Shown one piece after another: positions 12,509-28,019 of a DNA stretch of 64,000 bases. This DNA is from Vairimorpha necatrix. Taxonomy: Eukaryota. Numbering within the stretch: position 1 is the first letter of the stretch; every line of letters begins with the position of its first letter. Under the pieces are notes generated by a model. It saw only the letters and a program-made list of their open reading frames with translations, searched no databases and was not told the origin of the DNA. The DNA is taken from the NCBI GenBank assembly GCA_036630325.1, contig CP142731.1:124001-188000 (forward strand), in the 5' to 3' direction. Both the position numbers and the translations under genes were made by a program.

Positions 12509-15500
12509 GTTATGAAATTAATTTATTTATTGTACGCCAGAAATTATTTAAGTGATTTGAAAAATATTGTACCATGTTTGAAAAAAAACATCTTCAATGG
12601 GGGTTTTCAGGCAAGTCTTCATAAAATACGTAGAAAATCAAAATAATTGTAAAGAACCCGTTTTTTGCAAATAAATTCTTATTTTTCTCATATTAGTTTT
12701 TGAATCAATGTTTAACCTCGCATTCTTAATTCTGGTTTTATATCAAAATTGTTAAGTACGTATTCAGTTTCAAGAAATAAACAACTTTTTTAATAATAGA
12801 AAAATCTTGATCATGATCTGTTAATATTTAAATATAGTTTCTATCATGACCTTGTAATTATTTACACTAAAATTTTTTCAATTCGAATTTTTCGTATATA
12901 TGGTCTTTTGAATTCTTTATTACATAATTTCCATATTAGCAAAAAAAATACAAAAAATGTCTTATCGCAGATTCATTATAATAAATTCTTTTTAATAATT
13001 TTATTAAATTGCCACTTTCTAAGTATCTAAATATAACTCGACTTCAATAAATTCTTTGTAACAATTTTCGGTTATTCTGACTCTATAGCATTCTTTGTTA
13101 AATTTAAATTTATTTTGTAGCTATTTTTGACAGGGATATATTAAAAATGACTATATTTGTCTCCAATTTAATTATAAAATAGTCTTTATTTTCTCTCATG
13201 TAACAAAGGTAGTAATAACATACTTCAATTCTTGTATTAAAGCACGTTATATTACCATTCTGCTTCAGTTCATATATAACAGCTAATTCGAATAAATTGA
13301 GTAACTTGAGAGTATGATCCATAATGTTTTTATTTAGTGACTAGTATGTAATATTTTACATAATTCAGTTGTAATAAATCGATATATCTTCAGATCTCTT
13401 ATATCTTTTTCAAAAATATATTCAAAATTTGCATCCAAAATGTAAAGTTTTATAGAAAATTGTTGTTATGCGCAATTAATCTTACATGTTTTCCGTAGTT
13501 TTTAGTTTGATGAACCCCCTTGTATAATAAGCTATTGTTTTCAATTATATGGTCAAAAGGGTTTTTATTATTTTCTTTTTTGGATTTTCGCTAATGTTTA
13601 CATCGTTGTAGTTTATATTATAAAATTCATATTTTTAATAAAGGCTGTGTCGGTTTTGCTTTGCTCTAAAATAACGTTTTCGTATGATACTCTAATTATT
13701 TCAAGTCATTTTATTGCTAAACGTGTTAAAACAATTTGTTTGTTTGATAGATCACAAATGGCTTTTCTTGATTAAATTATGTCATTTCAGATGTTTTGTT
13801 TCTTCAATATAGAAAAACTTTTCCGATTATGTTTTAATTATTGGTATTGATAAACGAACAATCTTTTCGTCAATTTTATTTTTTACTACAGTTATTGAAT
13901 ATATCCTTAGTAACTCGAATACTTGAAATAAATATACGAATTTTAGTAATTTATGGAGGGCAAATTTTTTATTTTTCGCTATAAACAAAGACTTTACATA
14001 TTATATTGATTTAAAAAATTCGCTATGCGTTATATGTAAAGGCATTATTTAATTTTAAACAGCTTATAAATAAAATATAACTGTAAAATCATCAAGTAAG
14101 TCATATTGTCTCTAACATATTTGTCTAATAGAAATATTTTAACTATGTATTCTTTAATTTGACCAATAAATTTACAGAAGATATAATTGTTCTTTTTATA
14201 TGCAAAATTATAATATAGTGTAACAATAAATAAAAAATTTTAATATGTATACCTTCGAAACAAAAATTTAAGTTTAAGAAAATTTTAAAGAGTAATTTTT
14301 TAATTATATAACTTTAGACTTAAATCTTTATAGATCTTTTAAAAAATCTTAGAATGCTTTGTAACGAATTTAAATTATGTTTTTGTATTTTTGTCTAATT
14401 TTATTTTTATGTTATAAATTGATATTAATTTTAAACAGTCCTGCTTTATATTTTTTTTAAATTGTTTCAGTTTTATCATATATAATCCGTCTTTTTACAT
14501 GAGATAATTTAAAGATATTTCATGCTAAAATTTTTAAAATTCATGAAATTTTTATTCCCATTTTGATATATCGAAATGAAATAATGTGGCAACTTTTTCA
14601 ACGATATCATCAAAATATAATATATAATATCTTCACAATTAAAAAAAATATATAGAACCTTTTTTTTATTACAAACAAAAAGTTTATTTTTATAAGCATC
14701 TTTTTTTGTTGCTAGTGCCAATGAGGTTAGTCGTATGAAATAACTAGAGATTATTTCGTGTCTCTTATTTTGTCAGGCTCTTTCTCTAACAAATATTTTC
14801 AAATCGAGAAAATACCCTTGCATTTGGTATAAGACCATTGACGTAGTTACAAAATATATAATTTACGTTTATTAACAAACGTCTTAAGGAGAGTAATAAC
14901 ATGTTTTATTAAAATATAGCATAATTTTGGACAAACAATAGAGTTTTAGAGAGTTCCAATCACAATTTGTATAATATAGGCAGATCAAAAGACTGTATAA
15001 ACAGTTTCCGCAAGGAAAGTACAATAATGAGTTACTATAAAATATTGATTCTTATTTTAATATTTTACGATATTCTTCATTTAATTTTCATGATCAAGTA
15101 AAGCAAAATTTTTAAGTTGAAATTAGGAAATTTTAAACAAGACAATAATAATAGAAAAAAAAAATTCCATAGTAAAAAAAAGTTCTTATTAAAATATAAT
15201 TCGAATCTAGAAATATATGCATAATAATACCTTATTATATTGAATATATACATAAATCATCTTCATATATCTCAAGTAATGTGAAAATATAAAAATTCTT
15301 TTTTTTTGGTTCATGTATAATAAAAAAATAGTCTTATCTATTTTAACGCGTTTTGTTTAATTTTAAAATTTGAGAGGATAATTTTAGAATGTATAAATTA
15401 AAAATAATTTTTTTGGTTTTTGTAAGTGAATTAAGATACGAATTGTGTTTTTGTTTTTCTAGATATAATTGATCCACGAAAAAATCAATAAATGAATGTG

Positions 15501-16203
15501 TTGTATAAAATTTTCAAAAATTAAATATACTTTTGTCGCTTGTATATATGCAAACATAATATTTTTTAGCCTATAACTTTGTAGAAAAAAATATTTATGA
15601 AAAATTAAGTTGGACCTATCTTGTTTTTATATCAAAATATAAATTAAGAAAGTTACAATCAAACAAGAGAAATAAAAATATTTAAAAAATAGGAATAGAA
15701 GTGTTTCAAGTTAGTTGATATTAACATAACTTTTTTCGATTTTTACATCCAAAATTTTTCCGCTTTTACTTTAAAAATCGGCTATATACGCAGCAATTAA
15801 ATATTTATATCCAACAAAGATTGATTAAAAACAAAAAAAAAGCATTATTTTCTTTTTTTAGAAAAAAATATAAAAATTATTTCATTTTTGCAGTGCTTTT
15901 TGATTAAAATGTCAAATCTTAATATGCCCATAAAATTATATAAAACTTTATCTTTGAATTAAAAAAGTAAAAGCTTAAACTCTTAAATTGTTATAATTTT
16001 GAGAAATAACAAAGAAATTCGAATTTTATTCATAAATTACTAAAAAGAATAATGAAATAAAATGATATGTAATATTATTTATACTTTAAATTGTCGTAAA
16101 TAATTAAGTCTCAATTTAGTTTGTCATGTTTTCATATACAAAATAAATTAGATTTTAACGGTATTTTTTATTTAAATAAAAAATAATTCAACCCTTTTTC
16201 AAT

Positions 16204-16746
16204 ATGTTGCATATTCTTTTTACGTTTTGCGAATTGACACTATTTACGAATCACAAAAAAAATGATATAGTTGATGTTTACATTGGCTCTTATGATTATG
16301 ATGGAAGCTTGGATTCGTTTTGCATATTTTTGACTGAAGAACGAGGTTATCTTGATGAAAAAAACACTTGTCCATTTATAATTGATTCTGATGAAGAAAC
16401 AATTCATGATAACCGTATTCCTTTTGAAGTTGTAGAAGAAGATGAATATCAAAATATAAGATTTAAATCACGGAGAGCAAAAAATAAAAAATTAGTATGG
16501 TTGTTCGTCCATAGTAAAGAATATTATAAGGTAAGTTTTAAAATCTCACCTCATCGAAAATATTATTTAGAGTTTATGTTTAAAACTAGAGGAACAGGTA
16601 ATTATCATTTCTCAACCACGCCTTCAATAAATTTAAAGCCTAAGGGGAAAATTATTGAATTGAGATTGAACAAAATTATGCCAATTGATGTAACTGGTAT
16701 GGAAATCGACTTTGACAGAATAATGAATTTATATAAATTGAATTAA
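16204..16746 (+). CDS. Hypothetical protein, probable signal peptide
   Basis: 180-aa ORF, CCC motif upstream of ATG, hydrophobic start MLHILFTFCELTLF; no recognisable domain. Confidence 0.75.
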   Translation: MLHILFTFCELTLFTNHKKNDIVDVYIGSYDYDGSLDSFCIFLTEERGYLDEKNTCPFIIDSDEETIHDNRIPFEVVEEDEYQNIRFKSRRAKNKKLVWLFVHSKEYYKVSFKISPHRKYYLEFMFKTRGTGNYHFSTTPSINLKPKGKIIELRLNKIMPIDVTGMEIDFDRIMNLYKLN

Positions 16747-19700
16747 AAAGGTCAATGTTTATAATATTCGTTTATTTAACAATTAAAAATTTGAAATTAA
16801 ATGTTTATAAGTTGCTTAAAATCTATAAGGTTAATATAATAAATATTATATTTTACTTTGTGCTTTTGGTTTAGTTGTAAAAAAGTTATAAATATCAAAA
16901 ATTCAAAAACAAAAAAAATCTAGGTCAAATTATATTCAGTTAATACAAATAAAAAAATCGAATCGTTTATAAAAGCAATTTTTCATTTATACAATATCTT
17001 AAATATTACGAGGTAATTTTTAAAGACGAATATAAATAAAAGATTAATGTTCTCAGAATACGTAAAAAATTATTTATTTGAAAGCAAAAGATTTAATTTA
17101 CGTCAACTAATTCGATGTTTTCTATTAACTTGGCTTTTATAAAAGTTTTTTTTAATTGCTATGTTAAGTATATAAACATTTTAACAATATAAATTATACG
17201 GCAATGCCCTAAAGAGCAAAAAAAAAAACAAAAAACATGTAAAACTACTTCTTGCGAAATAAAAATATGTAGTAAAACAATATTGTGGTTATACGCTATA
17301 ATCACACACAATACTTCAAATGATATAAAAAATATGTTATTATAGTAATTTAGTCTTAATCACTGAAATTTTATCTAATACGTGTAAAGATTGTTTTTTT
17401 GTAATTAAATATATCTCTGATTATGAAACTTAATATACAGTTTTTTCTAAATTTTCAAATAAATCATTAATCTAGGCAATATTTTTATTATTTTGTGTCT
17501 AAACTTATGAATTTTTGAAACTTCAGTAAAGTATACTTTAACGATAAATATTTATGTACAATAAACTCTAAAAAATTTTAACAAATTAGTTTGACTTATC
17601 AATGATTGCCTTTTGCTATGGTAAAATTAGGAATTGCGAATTGTATCATAGACTTATGCGCAAAAAATATTATAGACATTCATTTTTAATACTATATGTA
17701 GTAAAATATTATATGATATCAATAATTAATAAAAATTGCTAATTGGAATTTTTTTTAGATATAGTTCAAAGTTTACAGTATTATAGCTATTTTTTCAGTT
17801 ATTTAAAATTATTTGTTACATTTTATAGCAAAATACTATTGAAGATGTTTTTCTATCAAATTTTCGTTTGTGTAATTAATTTATATTGGTGTTTGTTAAA
17901 TTGTTACTTATTAAACAGGGAAAAAGTTGTAAAATTAACAAATACTATAATTGCGAGTAGAAAGTATGTTTATCAAAAAAATAAACAATATAAAGTAATA
18001 CAAAGGAATAAACTCTCTTTTTTAAATTAACATTTTTTCAATGGTTTATTGTTATAGTTATATTCTTACTGAAATTTTAAATTTGATTCATAATCTTAGT
18101 GTTGCTAGTTAATGAATATAAAATTTACGATTTTTTTATACGGTAATGATGTATTTAAAATATTATACAGACTCTGATCTTTTTTAAATAAACCTAACTA
18201 TACTGAAGAAAACATATGTGTAAATTTTTAAAATCAGGGACAATTATAATTTATAATATTTTGTGTAAAATAAATTTTATTGATAAATACATTGTATCTT
18301 GTATAATTTAGACTAAATTTGACTTTGAGATGGTGCCTTTTTTAAAAGTAGCCTTGTGGAACATTATATTACAACACACATAAAATATAGTCAAACAAAC
18401 TTATTACCTCATAAAAGCGTGACTTTATGATGCTTACTTATCATTATCAAATATTATTAAGTTTTTATAAATTAGTGAATTGGTATTTTGAAATTTTTTT
18501 GTTAATTAAATTAACATAAGATTGTTAGTTGTATATTTAATCTAAAATTAATGCTTAATAAAGCATGATTAAACGAAATTTTACACAAAGATTTAAGTAC
18601 TTATATATATACCTTAATTTGCTACATAGATAAAATTTTCTCTGCTTAATTATAAAAAATTATTCAAACCGTTTTTATTTGTAATAATAACTCTTAAATA
18701 TGCAATTATGACTACGAAAGACATTATACTAGGCATATTAGGTGTGTTGCACGTATATTCGTTTATTGCAAATATGGTTTGTAAGATGAGACGTTTAAAA
18801 GAAGTTTTTCGTTTAAATTGTGGCATGAAACATATTTGAATTACTAAAAAAATTTGTTTTTTCGTCTTATTAAAAAATGCACCTTTCTGTTGAAATAAAT
18901 CAATTTGTAGCGGTATGTTTCATTCTATGCTTTAAAAAATATTCAGATTTCAATGTAGGAATTTGTTATTTGCGTCAGAACATAGCTAGAATGTTGATAC
19001 GAAAATTTATCTAATATAAGTAATTATGTTATTTTATCGTATTAAATTATAACTATAGTAATTTTTTACGTGTAAGATTTTTTAAGTTAATTCAAGAATT
19101 TATTTACTATAAAATGTATTTATTTTCCTTAATGGGGTTCAAAAATATAAGAATATATAACATAAAATATTTTTTGAAAGACATTTTAAATGTCTCAAAA
19201 TGTGTCTGCTGTATTTTACATTTGTGTTACTTCCTACAAGCTTATATATTTTTTTTGCAACGTTTAATTAGATTTATTCTTTAAATTTAACTAGTAAATA
19301 ATAAATCTTTAATGAGTACACCAAAGTAAATTTCTTCGGTTTTGAATTAAATCAGCATATAAACTTTAAAATATTTACAAATGATTCTAATGTGAAATGT
19401 AAATATCAACTATGGTGTATAAGTAGAAATATATTATATGTATAAAAAAGAACATTTCTTTGATTTACAAGGATTTTTATTTTTCATAAATTTATTGTCA
19501 TCCTATTTAGAAATTTATACTATAAGGGGGTTTAACGTCGATTCTAATGAAGTTAATATTTTAGATTTTAGTAGTAATCTTTAGACAAAAATAAAGCTAA
19601 TATGTTCTTAATATCATATTTTTTCAATAACGTACAATCCTTTCTTCTTACCTTCGGAATCCAGAAAATTTTATAAAACTCTTATTATGTGTAAATGATA

Positions 19701-21529
19701 TATATGTATGCTTAGTTGTGTCTAAATATCTGAAGTACTTCTTTATATTAATTTAAAGAAGACTAAAATATTCTAGAAATTAACATATATGCTACAATTA
19801 GTAACCTTAGCAGATATAAAACTAAACATCTTATTCTATTTTAATTTAAGATGCAATAAGTGACAAAATTTATTAATTAAATAGCTAACCTATATTGGAA
19901 AACATAATATGGCATAGTATTTATGATGTGTGGCGAAAGATATTACCAGTAAGTTGTATTTTCTCGTAACGGTCAAAAGGAATAAAGAAATAAAATTATG
20001 ATTCAATCTTGATACGTGCAATTATGCAATGAAAACATAACATTTAAAATTTTAATTAAGGTTTTAGTTATAGATATACTATCATTTTAAATTAATGTGT
20101 ATTTCACCACCTTGGACTGGGGCATATGATATAAAAATATTCAGATTTAAACACGTTATAAATGTAAATAAAAAAATGACCAAAAGACATTTTTTGAAAA
20201 TTTAGAAAAAGCTTAAGTATAACATTTCAATAAAAGTTATTTGATTTTTCGATGAAAAAAATATTATAATCTACATTTCTGTTCTGTAAAGTTGTGCACT
20301 TTTGTAGCATTAATTAATGATAAAATTGATCAATGTTAAATTAAAATCAACAAAGATAATTATTAATAAACACTTTTTTTTAATAGACATTAAATATGTC
20401 TTTACCTTTCTTGTAGCTTTTTACATTAAAAGTATAAAAAATTGTTCATTAATGCAGTTAAATGAGTTTTTATTTCATGTATATTTAAATAAACGACAAA
20501 CAATGAATAATTACAATAAGTTATAGACATCAAACTCAAAGCCCGTTGTTATAATTTTTATAAATTCACGCAGGTATTGACAGTTTATGAGAATTTGCGC
20601 TACAGGCTTTTTTTACAATAATTATAAGGATTTAATATTTCTGTGACATAGTTATAGTAATATAAAAAGGCATAATAAAAGCACAACCCTCGTACCAATA
20701 GAGTCAAAAATTACATTGATTCTTTTGAGTAAAATTAAATATACTTAGAAATACATTGCGATGACTATACATTAACGATCTTATGTGCTAATTGAGTTAG
20801 CTAATAGCTCTTTAACAAGCTAAATTCTTCTATTTTCGATAGAAATCTAATCTATAAGGCCTTAATTTAATCACAAGTCATAATATGTAAGTATTGTATA
20901 TTACACCTCTACGTTAAATCTATTAAGAAATATGTCTATATAATATTAAGAAAAAAAATTTATGTTTTTTAAAAGATTAATAAATGCTTTTCTTACATAC
21001 TGTTTTGATCAATCTTACAAAATTGTATATTTTATAAATTTTTCGAATATTTATTTTTGATTTTGGGTAGACCTGCTAAATTATATACGGATCAGATAAA
21101 TTTCGTATTATATAATATAATTTGAGTGTTTAATCATATTTATAAAATAATGTTCTATATTTGGTTAATAAAAAATCTAATATTAACTTGTGTAGAAGAG
21201 ATAAGGAGACAATACATTCGAATATTTCCAAGGAAGATTATTTTTTAATTTTTTTTATATAATTTTAATTATGACAACAAAACAAGTCTAACTGAATTTA
21301 CTTTTTAATAACAGAAAATCGTTACATAAATAGAAAGATTTTGAAAGATTATGTTATAAATTATATATTTTGTTATTAAAATATTTAAATCGGTTATAAG
21401 TAATATTCCTAAATTGTTCATTACAAAAAATATAAAGAACTGTAGTTACATTTTGTATAGTATATGTAATTGTTTTTAAATGATTAATTTTAATTTTTTA
21501 ATAATCAAGTCGGTATTAGTCTAACAAAT

Positions 21530-22408
21530 TTTTATCATGATTATTAAGATAGTTTCTGGAGTTGGTTCTTTGCCTATTTTTTTTAGATTTTACTTTTTTC
21601 TGTGAACAATAGACGTTACTAGTGCCATATAATACCCCTTGTGCATCTTCGGACAAAAAATAAATATCTTTAAGATTTTTATCATCAAATTTATTATCAA
21701 AAAAATATCCTCTTGTGATTCAGGAGTTATTGAGTGAGCTTCCAATCTTCCACTATATTTTCATTTATTTTATACAAACTTTCTTCATATAATTGTATAA
21801 TATGCCAAGGACATTTTTTATTTATTTTAAGATCGATGTAAACTGAAACTATCTTTTTAAGATTTTCTATTTCGTCAAGATCATCGAAAGACGAATACAT
21901 ACTTAAATCATATATTAAGTCATAACTATGGTATGCCAAAAATTCGAACAGATAAAAAATAGGATACAACCTTCTATTAGTTTTCTGTTTTAATACAAAG
22001 TTTTTTACAAATTTCAAAAACAAATCTTAAATCAAGGAACTGATTTCTACTTGACATATTTTCAACTATATGTATAATATTATCTACATCAATATTTGCC
22101 ATCAATGCCTCAAATACAATTTCACTTGCTGTAAACAACGCTGACCAATTAATCTGATTATTTATTTTTTTCGGTTTAAACTTAAATCTTCTCGTACAAT
22201 TAAACATGTTTCGGTTTTCTATATTAGAAAATGTTTTCAAGTTATCATGTAAGGGATTTAGAGTTATATCTTCAACAAAATTTTCGTAGAAGAACTTTGA
22301 CTTGGCATTATGCTTTGGAAAATACGTAGGCGACGAAATATTTATTCTTTGTAAGTCAACTTGATAAGATGAAGAATATATTAACATGATAAAAAGTAAT
22401 AATTGCAT
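21530..22408 (-). pseudogene. Secreted CxW-family paralog with multiple frameshifts
   Basis: CCCTTAATA-ATG at 22408 (MQLLLFIMLIYSSS signal). Frameshift at the T5 run 22016-22020 joins ORF 21977..22429 to 21727..22023 (LAYHSYDLIYDLS, DLKINKKCPWHIIQLY); a further frameshift near 21730. Clear paralog of 4085..5064. Confidence 0.75.
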
Positions 22409-24660
22409 TATTAAGGGCGATGAAACCAATATTTATGCAAAAAGTAATAAAGACATACAAATTTATAATTAGTAAGATTATTAAATGAAATTACATTATA
22501 AAATGTCATTGTTTTTTTTTGTAATAAAACATTATACGAATTAACAATTATGAATATTTTGATAAATTAAGATACATCTTGGGCATTAAAAACAATTTAA
22601 TTACGCGCAAACAGATATGTGCGTTCTCAATTATACATAAATGATCAAATCGTGCAATGGAAAAAAAGAAATATATACACTAAAAAGAAAACCTATTATA
22701 GTATGTATAATAAAAGATTTTTATTAGTATTTATTTTTTCAATTATGTAAATGGTTTTATTACATTTAAGTCTATTTAAACTAAAATAAATTGTAGATCT
22801 AAAATATCATAGTATTCAGGTACCGACTATACATTTTTAAAATTACGTAGTTTTTAAACATTATATTGATTAAACATGTACATAAAAGTCCTCATGAGAT
22901 AAATTAAAAACTAAAAGATAATACCATAATCATTAACGGCAGGATCCTTCTTTTTATTATATTATATTATCACTTAAAATGTATAAACTATATTTTTCAA
23001 AGCCTTTCAATAATAAAATAAATTTCAATTAAATTTTATTAGAAATACAATACTTTTAAGTCTTAAAAAAAAGAAGAATTTTTATAGTCATATAAAAGTA
23101 ATAAATGTTTGTGTTTTTCATAAATATCCATGCAATTTAAAATGAACTACAAATGATCTAACAAAATAATTATCTTATAAATAACCTAATGTTTTCCGTG
23201 TTAAAAATGAAATTAAAAACTTTCGTTTATGGTATCTATCTCGTTTTTTAATTTTTTCAATCATCACTTTTGGTTGTAATAAGAAAAGCGAATGGAATTT
23301 TGCAAACAACAAAAATTATTTAATAAATCTTACTAAAATCTAACATTGTAAACAAATTCTTAAAAATCTTAAGTGAAAATTTTTAAATATTTTTAAATTT
23401 ATTTTGGACACTTATTATACAAAATCCTTGTAATTTTTGTGCAAGGGAAAATATATTTAAAAACAATTTTGACTATACTATGATACTGATTTTACAAAAA
23501 ATTAGAAATTTTAATATCTGGCATACGCATTTACAATTATCAAAGAAAAAGATTAAATCATATTTGTTACTGAAAAAACATTTTAAGTCGAAGAAAAATT
23601 CGAAGATTGAAAAATCATGAAAAGAAGGTTAAAAATAAAATAAATCAATTTTTATCTAAGATGATATTTTGTTTTAGCAGAAAATATACTTAAATACAAC
23701 ATCTGACCGTAAACACTGTCTTATCTCGTTGGGAACACTTAAATTAAAACATAAATTTAACTATGATTTAAACAGAAAAATTTAAAACAACTATTTTTTA
23801 AAATTTTGATCGGAATAACCACTTATTAACGTATTATGTGCCAACAAAAAAATTTATCTTGTTATAGTATTAAGAATTACAACTCTTTTTTTTATGCGCA
23901 AGAAGGTTCTTTTTGGGTATTTTTATACAAATAATTTATACCTTAAATTTGAATATTTGATGTTAGCTATTCTAAATATAAGGTATTAAATCTAATTGAA
24001 AATTACAAAGATTTCCCATGTCTCGAATTATAAAAAGTTATCCTAGCATATAATAATACCAAAGTTCGTTTGAAATTATATAGCAAGGAAAATATTGTAA
24101 ATCATAATCTAAAAAAGAAATTTATTGTGTCCTGTATAAACAGGACTAAGAAATTAATAATCGTTTTTATAATATTAAATAAATTTATCTTTTAATTTTG
24201 ATTGGTTCTCGTGATTCTAATGTTTGACACCCTTCAAAAACAGACTTCTTTTTATATTTTATTTTTATTCTAGCAACTTTTAAGGAATTAAGCTTAAGGT
24301 TTATGCCTTTGCTTTGAAAAAACTATACTAAAGCATTCTTGTGTTTGTCTGTTTATTGGCGCATGAAAATGTCATTGATGAATATTTGACAGATGATGTT
24401 TTTTACATCTATCCTTGTGATTTGGTCATTAACATTATAGATTGCTAATTAATTATAGATTTCCGAATTGTACTTTGATTTAATTTCTTATTTAATATTA
24501 ATTAAATAATGCATCACTACAAAAATTATAGCAAGGATCAATATGAACACAATTAATATAGATCTAATAGAATATTTTAAAATTTGTTTTTTTTTTGATT
24601 TAATTATTAGAAAATTTAATTTAATTTTTTTCGTTTAAGCTTTTTGTTTCTTTCCCCCTA

Positions 24661-25509
24661 ATGAATTTCTTAATTGTTTATAGCATTCTGAAAATACGAA
24701 CTTCATTTGATGAATATGATTCAGATACGGAATCAAATGAGATATCTATGTCTAATGATGAGGAAACTAGTGTCGCTTACAATAAATGCGAGGATTGTTG
24801 TCCTAAGATATTCTATAAAGAATTTGATTTGCCAGTAAAATTTAAATATCTTCAACAAGTACCAATAATGTCTGATAATATTTATTTAATGATATTAAAT
24901 CAGCTTAGTTTTCCTATCAAGTATAAAATTGATTCAACTTATGGAGAGATTGATAAAGATGATATGGAATTCGAAATATTCTATGATTATGTACGCGGTA
25001 TATATACTGGTCAGATCTATCATGGTAAAGAAGAGATTATACATAAATTATTATCTTCACTTGCTAGACAAAGTCGAGATTTGATAATGGAGTATAGTAA
25101 ATTGAATTTTTCGGTGAAGCCTGCCTTAAGATTTAAACTTTATACTTATATTTTTAATTCTATTGACGTTAAAATGGATGATAAATGTACATGGAATGTA
25201 AAACAAGTTTTTAAACCGCGAAGATATAAGAAAATTCTAGAAAACTTTAAAAGGTTTGAGAAATATATTCAAGAAGAATTTTTTAATGCCAAAAAAAGTT
25301 ACTTAAAATTAAAAGGCGAAGCTCTTTTAAAAAATAAAAGCTATTTAACACAACAATGGGGAGAATTTCAAGCTTTAGAATTAAAAGATGATCTTCGTGA
25401 TAAACAAAGTTCTGTATCTTCTTCAAGTTTACGAAATGGTGAATATTTTAATACTATCGCTGGAATTGGTATCTTTAATGTAATTAATAATTTAGGGTAT
25501 CTAAGATAA
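24661..25509 (+). CDS. Hypothetical secreted protein, CxW family
   Basis: 282 aa, CCCCCTA-ATG; paralog of 54997..55797 (GKEEIIxKLLSSLARxSRxLI, DVKMDDKCxWNV). Confidence 0.85.
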   Translation: MNFLIVYSILKIRTSFDEYDSDTESNEISMSNDEETSVAYNKCEDCCPKIFYKEFDLPVKFKYLQQVPIMSDNIYLMILNQLSFPIKYKIDSTYGEIDKDDMEFEIFYDYVRGIYTGQIYHGKEEIIHKLLSSLARQSRDLIMEYSKLNFSVKPALRFKLYTYIFNSIDVKMDDKCTWNVKQVFKPRRYKKILENFKRFEKYIQEEFFNAKKSYLKLKGEALLKNKSYLTQQWGEFQALELKDDLRDKQSSVSSSSLRNGEYFNTIAGIGIFNVINNLGYLR

Positions 25510-27329
25510 AATTAAAATTATTTAGTTGCAAATATTTGTTTTGAGATATATAATATTTAAACTATAACCTTTAATATTTATAAATTTTCTAGATTTTTTT
25601 AGAATAATATAACACGAACATAAGCTTAAGAATAAATTATACAACTGTAAATTTTATATATTATGTTATTTACCTTATTAAAAATACAGTATATAGAAAT
25701 ATTATATACCGACTATATTTATTCCTTATTGATTTTGAAAAATTCACAATGTAAAATTTTTAGCTACAATTAAACTCTAAAATTACGTAATTAGAAATTA
25801 TCAAAATATTTAGTTTTAATTCAGCTTGTAAGGTCTTATTATAATACAATTTTTTATTTTCTTTATGTATGTTCAGAATTATTTCTATCAGATATAAAGA
25901 AAAAATTAAGGATACTCTATGCTAGTCTTTAATCAAAAACGATGTAATAATTAAATTACGAAATTAATATTTCTGAGTTTGATATTGCGCGAAAATAGCG
26001 TATTGCGTGGTCGTAATCTAAATGAGTCAACGATGCTAATTGTTAACATTAAAGTGAAATGTCATTAGCAACAAATGTTTTACTTAACGTATAGGCAACA
26101 AATAAAAATATATATTTATCAGTAAAAATTTTAATTTATTCACAGATTTCTAAACTTATTATGTTGATACTGCTATCTTAAAAGCGAAAAATTACTCATT
26201 ATTTCTTATCAATTGATAAATTGACATGCTTTTAATTCTATGAAAGTTTATATGGAAAATGATATTAAAAGATGAAGATTGAAAGGGTTTAGTAAAAAAA
26301 ATTAGATAAAATGATACAAAATTATAAAAATGTTATCCTTAACTACAAATAAAAAATTAAAAGTAAAAAACATTCAGTTTTGTAAAAATAAGATGAAAAA
26401 AATCAAATGATTTACAAAGATATATATAAGATTTGACAATATTTATAAGGGAATATGTATATTTCAATATTGTGTTCAAAGTAAAATATGTCGAAAACTT
26501 TTATTTTCTTTGCAGGTATGAGGCAGGGCGACTCCTTATACAAAGACTAGAGAAATTTGGTGTGATCTAGTTTCAACTGGTACTATGAAATTCTTTCAAA
26601 CTTAAAATCCCTCCATAAATTTGCAGATGCAGCGAGCTCCGTAGATCAATTGGACCACAGTTTTAATATATAATTTCCAATTATAACAATTTAACTATGA
26701 TAATCTTACAGTGAATATACACCATGCATAATTATCTCTCCCTGTGAATGAAAAATCGTACTAATTTAATGGTCCAAAATCATCTGTATCGCACACACGG
26801 CTTCATACACGGTCACATCACCTCTCCGGGATTTTTTGGTTGCGTTAGCCGCTAGTCTCCGACTAGTTTCGCTACCGTGTTAAAAATATTGTAAAAGGGT
26901 CCACGAGACCTTTTATTGCCCTCCTTGAAAGTCTGTAGGTCAACTCTAGGATCTTGATCTTAGTGCGATGCTAGGACTCTAACAGGCTGACCCTTCAGAT
27001 ACTTTTATGTTTCATTAAGTCACAACAAGGGTGATACTATTTTGTATTCTTAAGATGCGTTTCTATCAAGGTGCCAATCCCTTATGGTAGGCACACACAA
27101 GTTTCATTGAATCAACTTAATGATTATATTAGATATTTTCATAATCTGAAGTGTTTAAGCTGCATCATAGAAAGTAGAAACAATTTTGTTGCTCCTGGAT
27201 TCGGGACTAGCCATTGCTCAATGAAAGCATCGCCTTCTACTACGGGGCTAAGAGAACCTAAAAAAATAATCAAAGATAAATTTAATAAAATCTATTTGAA
27301 CTTAACATTTCCTCCTTCTTCCTTACATA

Positions 27330-28019
27330 ATTAGTAATTATTTTTAAAAGTAAATTCTTCAAGCCATGATCAAATATTCACACGCTTTACTCCGTGCTAT
27401 TTGGTCATTTCTAATTCTATATAAACCAAAAATTTATAATGTTAAAAGTATGTAATCCTGTTTCATTAGTACTTCCTATTGATTGATTTACAATAATGTG
27501 TTCGCGTTATAGATTTGCTTCATCGCCGGGATAACTAGATTTACCATCAGAAATAATTACTAATCCTGGTAAGACTCTATTTCCTATTATCCTTTTAGAG
27601 TATTTATCTTTCGATCTGCAACTTGTAATATACAAATTTTACTTCTATTTACAGCTTCTAACATCCTAATATCCATAAAGAATCTTTCTTCATCATCAGT
27701 TCCGAATGGAACTTTTTTGGTGTCTCTTTTATACAGTCCATCAAACTGAGTTTGAACTTTCGATCCTCAGATTTTGCAATCGATTTCCAATTTCTTTCTA
27801 ATTTTTCCCATCAATTTAAGCTTTATTTTTAAGAAAGTGTCATTTGACACACCCGTTAAATCATAATCAATTTATAATTGCTGTTACAAAGGACCAAGAA
27901 TCCAACAAAAAGATAAATTTCGAATGGTAACGTAATGCCGAGTAAAAAGCCGTATTTTGCTTGCATTTTCGTGTAGAACACCCATAAAGTAATCTTTACT
28001 ATATTTTTTTCTAATAATA
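27330..28019 (-). pseudogene. Decayed Merlin (ISXO2/IS1595-like) DDE transposase, central and C-terminal part
   Basis: Minus-strand translation with stops/frameshifts gives LLYGCSTRKCKQ, KI*GSKVQTQFDG (KIGG..V.xDE-like), RVLPGLVIISDGKSSY, EHIIVNQSIG, GLHTFNIINFW (HTNxIExxW-like) and HGVKRVNI*SWLEEFTFK, the ordered motifs of ISXO2/Merlin transposases. Confidence 0.8.

Noticed and set aside
10338-13960. Coding-like fragments (10381-10551 +, ~11000-11800 -, ~12900-13950 -) and ORFs 11061..11339, 13110..13322
   Set aside because: Many stops and frameshifts, no identifiable family; probably decayed genes.
26500-27260. GC-richer tract with a GMRQGDSL peptide resembling a LINE RT motif
   Set aside because: Only eight residues with no extended frame; cannot be assigned.
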